Shown piece after piece: positions 10,501 to 19,961 of a stretch of 64,000 nt of DNA; positions within the stretch are counted from its first letter, which is position 1, and each line of letters begins with the position of its first letter. The stretch is from NCBI GenBank assembly GCA_038046765.1, contig JBBSVN010000001.1:18108-82107 (forward strand), given 5' to 3'. A program made the translations under genes and the position numbers. The notes under the pieces are model-generated. The model saw nothing but the letters and a program-made list of their open reading frames with translations, ran no database searches and was not told where the DNA came from. This stretch comes from Candidatus Micrarchaeota archaeon (lineage in GTDB: Archaea > Micrarchaeota > Micrarchaeia > Anstonellales > Bilamarchaeaceae).

Positions 10501-11423
10501 CAATCTCTACTTTAAAAGAAGTTGATAATTCTTGGGAAAAGACCACTACTAATTTAGCTAGCAAGAAAATTTTCCTAGATTACAATTCGATTAAATCCAA
10601 AATACTTGCGCATGGCTTTGAAAGTGATCTAATCGAAGAATTCAATTCATTTGAAATCGCGCTCGGAGATTTTGGCAGTTCGAATAATTTAGATTCTTTT
10701 GTTACTCTAGCAAATTCATTTGCACAGGTTTCTAAAGTTGGATCAAACTACGAATCTAATTACACTAATGGTCTTATAGAAGGCTCAACTACTATAAACA
10801 TCCTAAAAAATCAGTTGAAAAATGATTTGAACTTATACATTTTGGAATATAAAAATGCTAAAGGAAGTAGCTATGAAAAATTATTCCCAGTTGACCCCTC
10901 TTCTTTTGACAAAATTATTAAAGATGCGGAGTTAATTATCTCTAAAAAAGGCTCGCTTAAAGAACTTTCTTCGAAGAATAGTGAATTACAACTTAGTGCA
11001 TTAAAAATAAAATCCAGTTTGACTGATCTTAAAAAAATCTCCGAGGATCAGGTCTCTAGTCTTAAAACTCTATTTGCTGCTAAAAAAGATTCTGTTGATT
11101 CTAGCCAAGCCGTAAAAATACAAAAGAATATTGATCGGGCTAGTGCGTTTATTGATACTAAACAGTACGTTGATGCGCTTAAACTTTCACAAAATACCTT
11201 ACTTGATCTAACCAAAACTAATCCTAAAGACCAGACCCAGTTGATTATTCTTTCTGCCTTAACAGTAATTGTTCTTGGTGCGATTGCCTTTTACATCATA
11301 AAACAGAAAAAAGGGGAAGATAAAGGCAATAGCAAGGTATTTAGAAAGCTGGAAAAAGTTGAAGAAGTTGCAGATAATAATTCTCCATCAACTTCTCAAA
11401 GCTCTGATGAAAAATATTTATGA
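7542..11423 (+). CDS. Large exported, C-terminally anchored helical/coiled-coil surface protein
   Basis: 1293 aa, signal peptide, C-terminal TM followed by basic tail. Confidence 0.75.
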   Translation: MRKAFFLFLLIFAIAQLGFSTPYSLTSLPWDDYEWKKANPYILYPGSTEIFDGNTMHQSLQSLNLSNPIYDGITDSAIKTNMLSARSSYQKTLEQKDRCNSYMTINLVSYGYFSLVSGNLLIDLFSAFNSKNSKDIIFVSGVKGSEYLSLIYQNTDCMAYSSNWKSIMTSATNSVLLSQSLNNQIDKNLNLSLQKLYFSGVCEEYYSGIERVACDEIERNIQSYNKLNKNLDIDLSAFNDDISKNKPVTSKFVPIMTSLWDKDGVIILGSDILNQSDSTLNSAISVLNFKKLELENESKKVDLAITDGEKQKLYLITEGLDFDGVIGSNTDTIAQKFSILKNKQKRAKDLQNNASIPISKKSYLKDSLNNIKIAKDIVSSNSEESILLLLDAQNVVENNKKITEKEFADLEESYQSKTPSVDIAKKFSAISKLLNQTKPEDPYGTQFTDYAEARSQIKVLKEQINGYDPVTQKQADLLFLDVEKLIKNAKSDGLDTISEDLKFNLIKDSRSKTLSLEVLGDIRSSILKKAANTYSDLQSQSDRLHFLVDGVADLYYYQSKLLDAENGLFKNGNLIVDGTSIGRLSGLKNTYDRLELDLSKYKSITLSAKLVPTIIFYTNGILLDESVPYSLAVNIDNPFGLDAENVKVSVTIPQGLMFTKSDIKQGSENIIDITLNKNQLELNLKNISKYSNYQVVFDKSAILARSLSTKKFVYGTGAGGAILDKNTTIMLDTDGSLILNSSSTYIVDGNEYLGEVLSAGSHVLTSQIKLFNAYNLSYENYQTSRLGLNQVVSYDEVIKSDVDLDKVPVFISDKNDQKISRVNVLAITSHKTLNKGILSNGIYKTEVYEIKKLTNATLKISYILENVSDYINEKIILLKGVTNNSQILSLVNAAQSDLQNNDTSNAVINIQKAQNELDRLNSILVQKQSEYDSLREAVDAQYIRVSAALSNLDQKSEFYSSFLKRKNELSKTLSNSDELKQNQIEKAISTLKEVDNSWEKTTTNLASKKIFLDYNSIKSKILAHGFESDLIEEFNSFEIALGDFGSSNNLDSFVTLANSFAQVSKVGSNYESNYTNGLIEGSTTINILKNQLKNDLNLYILEYKNAKGSSYEKLFPVDPSSFDKIIKDAELIISKKGSLKELSSKNSELQLSALKIKSSLTDLKKISEDQVSSLKTLFAAKKDSVDSSQAVKIQKNIDRASAFIDTKQYVDALKLSQNTLLDLTKTNPKDQTQLIILSALTVIVLGAIAFYIIKQKKGEDKGNSKVFRKLEKVEEVADNNSPSTSQSSDEKYL

Positions 11424-11433
11424 TTTATGCTCT

Positions 11434-12954
11434 TCAAAAAAAATCGGCCATGCTGCTCTGCCCTTTTTTTAATTGGGCAGTTTCGTTAGCGTTTTTATTT
11501 TCCTCTGTTTGTTCTGATTTAATTTCTTTTTTTTTCCTATCAATTTCAAAACTAGTGCGCATTGTACCAACAATACTCTTCATTTTCTTTTCCTTGTTTA
11601 TAGCTGACCAATAATAATACTCGTCTCTAGTTCCCTTTGTCATTAAGATATAAATTTCCCCTTTCTTTAATCTTGCTGCCCGACCTCTTCTTTGAATACT
11701 TCTTATTTCGCTAGGTACTGGTTCATAAAATATTACTGCATCGACACTTGGGATATCTAGTCCTTCTTCTCCAATTGATGATGCAACTAAAATATTGAAA
11801 ACTCCCGATCTAAAATCATCTATTGTTTGTTCCTGTATCTTTCTTGTAACTCCATCTTTTTTTCCGACAAACTGTTTAGATACAAAATTGTTCTTATTAA
11901 GTTGGTCTTCTAGTAACTTGATTTGATCTCTATACTGGGCAAAAATTATTATTTTTTTATCTTTAAGTCTTTGCATTAAATTAAGAAGAAGTCTTAATTT
12001 TGGGTGATCCTCTACACTTTGCGTGTTTGCAAGATTAATTACTTCGTTAAATTCTGTTTCGCTTAGTAGTACTTTCGCTGATTTACCCTCCTTTTCATTA
12101 AGTTTTTTTATGTATTCTCTTAGTGCAAAAAGTCCCTGTGTTTCAACTAATTCAGTCATATGCAAAAGATTTAGTAATATTGTATAATGCACTATCGCGC
12201 GGTACTTTATGTCATTTGGTATATCCATTATTTTCTGGCGCATCTTTAGGAATTCTCCTTTATTTTTTAGTGGGGGTGGAAAACCCATTCCGCCTAGCAT
12301 TCTTGCATGCTTTGACGTAAGATTATCGAGTTGTCTTTTTATCAAAAGTAACGTAGGGGAAAGCTCTGTTGTAAGCCAGGTCATTTCGCTTTTTTGAACA
12401 TACTGTTTTACGTCGGGGTCATCAATAGTTCTAATTTCAATGTTTGTTATATTTAGTGCCTTTACGACCTCCTGTATTTTATCTCTTTTTCCTCCGGGCG
12501 AAGCAGTTAAACCTACAATCAAAGATTTTTTCTTTAAGGCGTTAGCAACAAAAGTGTATGCGTAATTCTTAACTGCGCGGTGCGATTCATCAAAAACACA
12601 AAGTGCAAAATCTGGTTCAAGAACATTATTTTTTATATCATTTGCAATTGTTTGGGGAGTTGCGATTATTATGCTATTTTTATACTCTTTTATTCTAGTC
12701 TGTACATTTTTTTCCCCTGTAATTAGTGCAATATTGTCTGTTTCCAGTTCTCGTTTTGTTGTTTCAAAATGTTGCTTTGCCAGTGGTTTAGTTGGAGTTA
12801 ATAATAAGCATTTCCCGTTTTTCATTTTTTCTTTTATTAGCATTAGGGAGATTAATGTTTTTCCTAATCCAGTTGGCAGTATAACTAGTGTATTGCCGTT
12901 TTGCATTATCGAATTGTAAATTGCAAGCTGATATGCTCTTGGGATTAGCAGCAT
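11434..12954 (-). CDS. hef: Hef/FANCM-like SF2 helicase (helicase only, C-terminal PIP box)
   Basis: PRAYQ, PTGLGKT, DESHRA, GLTASPG, GEEGLDIP, QRRGRAAR; ends QSSMADFF. Confidence 0.9.
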   Translation of the reverse strand: MLLIPRAYQLAIYNSIMQNGNTLVILPTGLGKTLISLMLIKEKMKNGKCLLLTPTKPLAKQHFETTKRELETDNIALITGEKNVQTRIKEYKNSIIIATPQTIANDIKNNVLEPDFALCVFDESHRAVKNYAYTFVANALKKKSLIVGLTASPGGKRDKIQEVVKALNITNIEIRTIDDPDVKQYVQKSEMTWLTTELSPTLLLIKRQLDNLTSKHARMLGGMGFPPPLKNKGEFLKMRQKIMDIPNDIKYRAIVHYTILLNLLHMTELVETQGLFALREYIKKLNEKEGKSAKVLLSETEFNEVINLANTQSVEDHPKLRLLLNLMQRLKDKKIIIFAQYRDQIKLLEDQLNKNNFVSKQFVGKKDGVTRKIQEQTIDDFRSGVFNILVASSIGEEGLDIPSVDAVIFYEPVPSEIRSIQRRGRAARLKKGEIYILMTKGTRDEYYYWSAINKEKKMKSIVGTMRTSFEIDRKKKEIKSEQTEENKNANETAQLKKGQSSMADFF

Positions 12955-13247
12955 GGATAATCTGTTGCATTAACAGAATAAAAAATAATGCCTTATTCTA
13001 AAACAGCTTAATTTTCTTAAATAATTTTATCGTTGCTCGGTTTAATTCAATTTTTAACAAGTCTATTTTACTGCTTTTATTGTCGATTCGCCTTGTTTTA
13101 TTAAAATCACGCTATATGGATGTTTTATAATTTTCTGGCATTTTCGTTTAGATGTCGCCTTTTTAGTAATAAGGCGTACGCAATTCGAACTACACAAAGC
13201 TTTTTAATAAAAATCTGGTATAACATTGCAGAATCAAATCATTTACG

Positions 13248-13517
13248 ATGGTGAACAATATGACGACCAAGTTATCTAGAATGTATGGAATGGACTTATT
13301 TACCGATAGTGGTAAATTCTTAGGGAACGCACAGGACTTTATTCTTGACGCAGAAAGCGGTGAAGTTTCAAGAGTATTAATTGAACAATTGCCAAAAGGA
13401 AAGGAAGAAGCAAAAAAAGCACTTCGTGAAAAGAGTATCCTCTACAAAAATGTAAAATCTGTAGAAGATGTTATTGTAGTTACAAAAGGTCTTGGCGGAG
13501 CTCCAGTAATGGAGTAA
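13248..13517 (+). CDS. PRC-barrel domain protein
   Basis: LSRMYGMDLFTDSGKFLG..QDFILD.ESGEV...VKSVEDVIVV is the archaeal PRC-barrel pattern. Confidence 0.85.
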   Translation: MVNNMTTKLSRMYGMDLFTDSGKFLGNAQDFILDAESGEVSRVLIEQLPKGKEEAKKALREKSILYKNVKSVEDVIVVTKGLGGAPVME

Positions 13518-13575
13518 ATTTTTTCTATTTTTAATTATTTTTAATTTTTAATTTGTTGATTGGAGGTTAAATTAT

Positions 13576-13761
13576 ATGGCAAAAAGTTGGGTGCGTGGTC
13601 TTGTTTTTATTGTTGCGGTAGCGATTGGTTACTTTGTAACTACTATCTGGGGGCAATTACGGCCTGAAGATGATTCAACTACTGTTTTAATCGTTGGAGT
13701 TGTAGTTACGCTAGCCTCTTTTGTTGCGATGTATTTTATGACTAAAGGGGGCGGAGATTAG
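13576..13761 (+). CDS. Small two-TM membrane protein
   Basis: 61 aa; GGAGGT SD upstream. Confidence 0.7.
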   Translation: MAKSWVRGLVFIVAVAIGYFVTTIWGQLRPEDDSTTVLIVGVVVTLASFVAMYFMTKGGGD

Positions 13762-13907
13762 TATAAATTAATCCAATACTCCTCAATTTGAAAAAAGCGC
13801 AAGTTCTAAATACAAACCTGTCGGAAGCGACATTAATCATTTACTCATGGTCGCTTCAGCAGAACACGATTATAAACAATTTTTCAATTATCTCTTCTTA
13901 ACTCCTT

Positions 13908-14411
13908 CTATATTTTCAACTTCTTAAAAATCCGTTCAACTCGTTTCCTAGTCTTCTGATCATTTTTAACTAAAACAATTCCCTTGTGGGGTTGCCCGTA
14001 AACAAGTACATAGTTCTTAGGCATTTGGTTCATGAACGCAAGTGCAGTAATGTCTTCCTCGCCTTCTATTAAAACTCCGCAATGGTGCTTAAGTAATTCT
14101 TTCGCATCATTAATCAATTTCTTAGAAAGCGTCCCCGCCGGGTTCTTGTATTTGACCATCTTACCAAAACTTTTTTTCATTACATCTACGTATATTTTGG
14201 GTAAGTCTCTTCGCATATATTTTAAGTCAAACACACCCACATATGGTTTTACTCCTAGAGCTAAAAGCGCAAGTGTTGAAATGTCCCCTACGCTTATTAT
14301 TTTGTATCTTTTACTAATTATTTTTATTTCCTGTAAATCCGCATATACTTTTCCGAATGGTCTTTTTAGTTCCTTTCTAATGCTTGAGTTTATTAGAACG
14401 TAATCATTCAT
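13908..14411 (-). CDS. GTP-dependent dephospho-CoA kinase (DUF359)
   Basis: ELKRPFG, SVGD, NPAGTL, GEEDITAL, VYGQP.KG motifs. Confidence 0.9.
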   Translation of the reverse strand: MNDYVLINSSIRKELKRPFGKVYADLQEIKIISKRYKIISVGDISTLALLALGVKPYVGVFDLKYMRRDLPKIYVDVMKKSFGKMVKYKNPAGTLSKKLINDAKELLKHHCGVLIEGEEDITALAFMNQMPKNYVLVYGQPHKGIVLVKNDQKTRKRVERIFKKLKI

Positions 14412-14463
14412 ACTATTTACTTTACAAACTTATTTTTTAAACTCGAGCGAGTATGTATTATCT

Positions 14464-15642
14464 ATGCGTTCTAAATCAAAACTTAGTAAAAACACCAAAT
14501 TACTTGCCTTAACTAGTTTTCTAGTAGATATTAGTTCAGAAATGGTTGTTCCCTTATTACCCTTTTTTGTTACAACTATTTTGGGAGCGCCATTATTTGT
14601 TCTAGGTTTAATCGAAGCCGTGCGTGAATTAACTGCGAATGTCGTTGGCATATTTTCTGGAATAATCAGTGACAAGCTTGGAAAGAAAAAGAATATTATA
14701 ATTCTTGGGTATTCGCTTTCTGGTTTAATGAAAGTTTTTCTTGTTACTGCTACAACTTGGTTTAGTGTACTTCCAATTGTATTTTTTGAACGGGTTGGAA
14801 AAGGAATAAGGGAAGCTCCGCGTGATGCGTTAATTACGCATTCTGAACCAAAAGAAAATTTAGGTTACGCGTTTGGATTTAGAAAAATGTGTGACAACGC
14901 GGGCGCATTTATTGGGCCCATACTTGCGACATTTTTACTTACTATTCTTATTTCGCAAGGAGTTGATTATGCTTATCGGACAATCTTTCTTATCGCATTA
15001 ATTCCAGCTGCGCTTTCAATTGTTGTTCTATTATTTTTACAAGAAAAAGATGGACATAAGGCAACTGATGGCGTAAAAACAATTATCGGTGATGTCCTAA
15101 AAATTCCTAATTTTAAAAAGTTTGTCTTTTGTATGTTTTTGTTTTCGCTTGGGCAGTTTGCAATCTCGTTTTTTCTGATTCGTGCTGCAGATTACCTGAC
15201 TTTGTTTTTGATTCCGGTCGTATACTTAGCGTATAATGCAATGTACACTGTACTTTCTCTTCCTGCGGGTTATTTTACTGATAAAGTGGGTGCTAAAAAT
15301 TCTCTTTTATTTTCTCAAGTGTTATTTCTGACAGTTCTTTTAGGATTCTCATTTTTTGCAAACTCTGTTAGTTTATTCCTATTTTTTGGATTGTTTGGCG
15401 TGTTTATGACTATAAACGAAACCGCTCCGCGTGTTTTTTTAGCTAAGAGCGTTGATCATAAACACTATGCAAGTTCGATCGGTTTATATCAAGGATTAAT
15501 TGGTGTTGCTGCACTTCCAGCTAATATTCTAGCTGGTTTTCTATACACGACAAAAATACTAGATGTTCCAGCGTCTTTTGTATTTTCGATAGTTACAACT
15601 GTTTTATCCATGCTGCTGCTTTTGATTTTGGTTAAAGAATAA
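14464..15642 (+). CDS. MFS transporter
   Basis: ~12 TM; DISSEM, SDKLGKKK, ERVGKGIREAPRDAL. Confidence 0.92.
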   Translation: MRSKSKLSKNTKLLALTSFLVDISSEMVVPLLPFFVTTILGAPLFVLGLIEAVRELTANVVGIFSGIISDKLGKKKNIIILGYSLSGLMKVFLVTATTWFSVLPIVFFERVGKGIREAPRDALITHSEPKENLGYAFGFRKMCDNAGAFIGPILATFLLTILISQGVDYAYRTIFLIALIPAALSIVVLLFLQEKDGHKATDGVKTIIGDVLKIPNFKKFVFCMFLFSLGQFAISFFLIRAADYLTLFLIPVVYLAYNAMYTVLSLPAGYFTDKVGAKNSLLFSQVLFLTVLLGFSFFANSVSLFLFFGLFGVFMTINETAPRVFLAKSVDHKHYASSIGLYQGLIGVAALPANILAGFLYTTKILDVPASFVFSIVTTVLSMLLLLILVKE

Positions 15643-15654
15643 TAAAATGATAAA

Positions 15655-16806
15655 TTATTTGTTAAAAATAACTACTTCAATGTAACTATCATTTTTAGTC
15701 TGGTTTTTTGTTATGTCTATTGTGTATAAGTTTTCTACGTAAACTGTTTGATTGTTTACAGTTGTGTTAAGTTTTATTGGTAAGTACACTCCCTTAGCTT
15801 TGTTGCTGTTTTCACATAGTGCAACTTGCGTTCTAAGGTTTGGCTCAGTTGTTACACTATAACCGCAGAACTCATATGTTTTATTTCCTACACTTAGGTT
15901 TTGGTTTAGGTAAATTCTTTGTTTTAAGCTAGAGATTTTTACCAATTCTTCAAAGGTTGTATTAGATGCATTTGTTTGCCATGTTTGATTTATTTGAGTA
16001 CTATTGGAATAATTTTGATCATAAATAAAGCCCTGTTTAATTACTTCCTGTTTTGGTTTTGTTGCAATTATCTTTAATTTAGGCCCGGTTTCCAAGTCCT
16101 TAAACTCTACTACAATTATATTATTGTTCCCAAATAAACTAATCTGGTCTCCTTCTTTTATATCATCAAAATAACCATTCATAGATATAATTATTCTATT
16201 AACGCAAACATACTTTTCATTGTATATTTTGGGGTATTCCTTAGTTACCTTCCATTTATCATCTCCTAAAAATGCTGAATTATTCTGTAGTTCTGATAAA
16301 TTATACCTCTGACCTAATAGGTATATCGTTTCCGAATCCTGAATGCACCAATCTTGCGAGTTGGTATAAATATAAACTGCATTAAATAAGCTAACCTTTT
16401 TCTGATCACCATTATCGCTAATAATTGGTGTAAGATAAATTTCTTCTCTTGGGTACCCGCCACCATCAAATGGTTCTATGAATTGGATTTGTTGATTTGT
16501 TAATCGTATAAATTCTTTGCTGTAAATCCCTGCTCCTTCAAGATTAATTCCGTATTTTTTAAGTGGAAATAAAAAAGTCCCTTTCCCAGTGGAAATCCCA
16601 TCTCCCTTAATCGCATTTATAAGAATGGTAGAACTATTTTCATCAGAAGTTATGTTCATGTACCTTTTTTCGTTAACTTCATCTCTAACATATTCATAAG
16701 TACCTTTACTATATTCATATACTTTTTCAACCCGATCATTAATACAACCAAAGAATAATAATGAAACTAGCAGAATTCCTAAAATAATCGACTTGTTCAT
16801 GTTCAT
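15655..16806 (-). CDS. Lipoprotein, possibly S-layer related
   Basis: FFGC lipobox; many sequons; GGTGAT SD before ATG 16806. Confidence 0.65.
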   Translation of the reverse strand: MNMNKSIILGILLVSLLFFGCINDRVEKVYEYSKGTYEYVRDEVNEKRYMNITSDENSSTILINAIKGDGISTGKGTFLFPLKKYGINLEGAGIYSKEFIRLTNQQIQFIEPFDGGGYPREEIYLTPIISDNGDQKKVSLFNAVYIYTNSQDWCIQDSETIYLLGQRYNLSELQNNSAFLGDDKWKVTKEYPKIYNEKYVCVNRIIISMNGYFDDIKEGDQISLFGNNNIIVVEFKDLETGPKLKIIATKPKQEVIKQGFIYDQNYSNSTQINQTWQTNASNTTFEELVKISSLKQRIYLNQNLSVGNKTYEFCGYSVTTEPNLRTQVALCENSNKAKGVYLPIKLNTTVNNQTVYVENLYTIDITKNQTKNDSYIEVVIFNK

Positions 16807-16811
16807 TAAAA

Positions 16812-18443
16812 TCACCCTGAATTATTAAATACTATTTCAAATGCTGTACTATCGCGAGGGATGAAAATTGATTTGATTCCTGGATTTAATGTATCCTCGT
16901 TTCCCCAGATTACTTTGACGTCTTTGTTGGTTTGATTTATTTCTAGAATATCTGAGAAAACTGAAATAAATGCAACTGAATAACAACAAGGTTCCATACG
17001 TGATACTTGCCAAATTCGAACATATTTTCCCCTTACATCCTCTGTCTTTCCTACTTCGAGTTTCCACGTATAATTATTTTTGTCTTTTAGCACTAAAAAT
17101 TCCTTGTAGGGAGGGTAATATCCATTTCCTTCAGAACTAGAATACCTAAATTCTTCATTGCTTATATTTAATTTATCATCTTGAAAAAATATATTTGGTT
17201 TACCTTTTGCTAATAATAAAGAATAGTTCTCCTTGTCTTTCCTTAATCTTAGAATAGACCAAGTTTGATTTAAAATATCTAAAGTAATGCCACTTTGATC
17301 AATCATTGAAGAACTTGAAAAACCCAAAGACATTAGTTCTACGGTATCATTTGCTCTGGTTTCTTTTCTAAAGTAAGAATAATAACAATTATTATTAGTA
17401 ATATTTAGTTCAGTTATATTTTGATTGTAAACCTCACATTGATAAATTAGAGGATCGAATTCCAGATAAATTCCACTTTCATTAAGTTGTTCTGTTTCGT
17501 TAATTAGTCCATAATTTGTTACTATTTTTGTTCGTTTTCTATTTTTTGGAAAAATCCTTATCGATTTTAACAGAGGTATGTCTCTAGTGTGATTGCCTTG
17601 ACTTATGTTTCCGTCTTCCCAAAGTATATCTGAATTTGAGTAGTTTAGAACTTCTATATCAGATAAAACTGAAATAGAAATCCAGCTCGGAATAATTGGT
17701 TCTAAAGTAGTTGAATTAAGTGCACTACCTGATGGACCAAATTGCCAAATGTGAACATACCTGCCATTAACAAAAACCGTACCCCCTACTGCAATTAAGA
17801 TTGATGAATCATTTGCATTTTCTAAAATTACATAAGTTCGATTGATAGATGCAATAAAAGTATAATTTGAGTATGTCCAGTTTACACCATCTATTTCAAA
17901 ACTATCCGAACGGTTAATCCATTTTATAGAATAATTTTTTCCTAATATGACCTCACTTTTACTCTCCTTCTTCTCAAACTTTAAAATAGCGATTTTCTCT
18001 CCATTCTTTGTTCTAAATGACAGCGCATTCGATTCAGTAAGATCAAAGTATGTTGCATAATTATAAGAATAACTTTTTGCTACAGGTATCGAAGGATAGA
18101 AATCTAGTTTTAATTCACTTCCATTAAAAGTTTGATTTACAGCGTAGATCGTTCTATAGTCTCTACCAAAAATTCCTTGCTCAATAACACTTGAAAAATT
18201 GTAACTGGTTGATTCGATTACGTTTATTGGATTGTTATTTATTATTATGTTATTCGAATTATTCGACAAATTAGTTTGATTCAAAACATTCGGATTATCA
18301 AGTTCATTTACTTCAACAACCATAGAAACATTTCCAGAATCATTAGTTATGTTCGCTTTGATATCATAGTAACTACTATCAGTGCAGCCAAATAGTATAA
18401 ACAAACTTAAGGCCAAGATAAATAATTTTGTGTTCCCGTTCAT
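16812..18443 (-). CDS. Lipoprotein with internally duplicated S-layer-like domain
   Basis: LFGC lipobox; repeat pair GRYVHIWQ...SVLSDI...KSIRIFP / GKYVRIWQ...SVFSDI...KSIFIP. Confidence 0.65.
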   Translation of the reverse strand: MNGNTKLFILALSLFILFGCTDSSYYDIKANITNDSGNVSMVVEVNELDNPNVLNQTNLSNNSNNIIINNNPINVIESTSYNFSSVIEQGIFGRDYRTIYAVNQTFNGSELKLDFYPSIPVAKSYSYNYATYFDLTESNALSFRTKNGEKIAILKFEKKESKSEVILGKNYSIKWINRSDSFEIDGVNWTYSNYTFIASINRTYVILENANDSSILIAVGGTVFVNGRYVHIWQFGPSGSALNSTTLEPIIPSWISISVLSDIEVLNYSNSDILWEDGNISQGNHTRDIPLLKSIRIFPKNRKRTKIVTNYGLINETEQLNESGIYLEFDPLIYQCEVYNQNITELNITNNNCYYSYFRKETRANDTVELMSLGFSSSSMIDQSGITLDILNQTWSILRLRKDKENYSLLLAKGKPNIFFQDDKLNISNEEFRYSSSEGNGYYPPYKEFLVLKDKNNYTWKLEVGKTEDVRGKYVRIWQVSRMEPCCYSVAFISVFSDILEINQTNKDVKVIWGNEDTLNPGIKSIFIPRDSTAFEIVFNNSG

Positions 18444-18536
18444 ATGCTTTTTCTTAAATTCGCTTATTTAAATAAACTTTTTAGCAATAGTTGTTTCTAA
18501 AATATGTTTATAAATAAAGAAATGCTTCATTTAGCT

Positions 18537-19247
18537 ATGCGAACAGCAAATTACCTTAGATTTTTTATTCTCTTATTAGTCTTAATTAGCTCTAGCTTCG
18601 CTTCATTTATTTATGGTGATATCTACTCGAACAACCTGGAAAAACTAAACAAAACGCTCATCAAAATTGACGGTCGTTTTAGTTACCAATTCGTTACTGA
18701 AAAATCAAACTATTCGATATTTCTTCCTGATGGCGAGTTTAACATAACTGCAAGTAATTTTGATAATAATGGTGAACTTGTCCTCTATAGTAAAGAGCAG
18801 TTTAAGGCGGGGGATAAAGACCAGAAAATTGATTTGGTACTTAACTCAGTTGGTAAGTTTAATTTCGATTGGATTGTTACGCTTGGAGTTCTTCTAATTA
18901 GTATTACTTTAATGTTTTTAGTAGTACTTTGGTTTGATTCTAAAAAACAAGGAATAATAATTAAAATTCCGGAAATCAAAATTCCGGATCTAGAAAACAG
19001 TGTCATTTCAAAGCAATTGTCTATCTCAAAGTCCGAAATTCAAACCGAATCGGCAGAGCTAGACCAGGATGCTAAGTTAATTCTGTCAATTCTAGAATCA
19101 TTAGAAAACCGTGCAACGCAGAGCGAACTAAAGGATAAAACTAACTTTTCAGATGCTAAACTTAGTCTTATTCTAAGCGAGCTTGAGCAATTAGGCAAAA
19201 TAAAGAAATTCAAACGCGGAAGGGGAAATATTATACGGAAACTTTAA
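18537..19247 (+). CDS. Membrane-anchored protein with C-terminal wHTH (COG2512-like)
   Basis: Signal peptide, TM, then RATQSELK...FSDAKLSLILSELE..GKIKKFKRGRGNII. Confidence 0.85.
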   Translation: MRTANYLRFFILLLVLISSSFASFIYGDIYSNNLEKLNKTLIKIDGRFSYQFVTEKSNYSIFLPDGEFNITASNFDNNGELVLYSKEQFKAGDKDQKIDLVLNSVGKFNFDWIVTLGVLLISITLMFLVVLWFDSKKQGIIIKIPEIKIPDLENSVISKQLSISKSEIQTESAELDQDAKLILSILESLENRATQSELKDKTNFSDAKLSLILSELEQLGKIKKFKRGRGNIIRKL

Positions 19248-19618
19248 GATTCGAGCTTAAATCTTTCCAGACCCAAAACCTCATCGTAAACATGGTCTGA
19301 ACTTATGATTACGTAAGGTTGTGAACATGCAGCATGAAACGCATCAAAAACCCCTATCTTATTGTCATCAATATAACTTGCAGCTAAGTACGCAATTTCT
19401 TTTTCTAGTCCTCTTACTTCAAATAATTGATAAATATCGCTGACAATCTGCTCACATTCCATATTAAACTTTTTAGATATTAACATTGTTTCCAGAACTA
19501 CAAAACTGCTAGTCCAAATTTTTCCTTTATGTTGCTCATAAACTTTCAAGGCTTTTTCTCTAAGCCAATCGTCATTTTTTATCAATGCACATATAAAATC
19601 CGTATCAGCAAAAAATAT
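19244..19618 (-). CDS. vapC: VapC/PIN toxin with apparent ATA start
   Basis: Frame extends upstream of the track ORF to IFFADTDFICAL; LET, FDAFHAA, ISSD motifs; no in-frame ATG/GTG/TTG before the first catalytic Asp. Confidence 0.8.
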   Translation of the reverse strand: MFFADTDFICALIKNDDWLREKALKVYEQHKGKIWTSSFVVLETMLISKKFNMECEQIVSDIYQLFEVRGLEKEIAYLAASYIDDNKIGVFDAFHAACSQPYVIISSDHVYDEVLGLERFKLES

Positions 19619-19622
19619 ACAA

Positions 19623-19883
19623 TCACCTTCTTTTTAAGTTCGAAAGTGCTTCTTTTTCAGCATCTTCTCTTGCAATTCTTTTCAAATCGTTAATTGTCAA
19701 ATGTGCTGGTATTTTTTTTCCTTGTTCTTGAAGAGATTTTAACGGATCTTTTGATATTGGAATTAGAAGCAGTTTGGTTCTAGTACGAACTAACTCGTAA
19801 TCTCGACCAAATTCTTGAATCACTTCCTGTGTAAGATTTACCCTACATTTTGAATCGGCATGTAATGAAACCATTTTTCCCAC
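19623..19883 (-). CDS. AbrB/MazE-type antitoxin
   Basis: DSKCRVNL (AbrB-like), LLLIPISKDPLKSL; upstream of PIN; CCCACC-N12-GGTGGG palindrome over its start. Confidence 0.75.
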   Translation of the reverse strand: MGKMVSLHADSKCRVNLTQEVIQEFGRDYELVRTRTKLLLIPISKDPLKSLQEQGKKIPAHLTINDLKRIAREDAEKEALSNLKRR

Positions 19884-19961
19884 CTAGATATACTTTGGTG
19901 GGCAATATTTATAAATTTTCCCACTTGGCTATAACCCTGCAAAATTCAACCTTTTCAGAAT

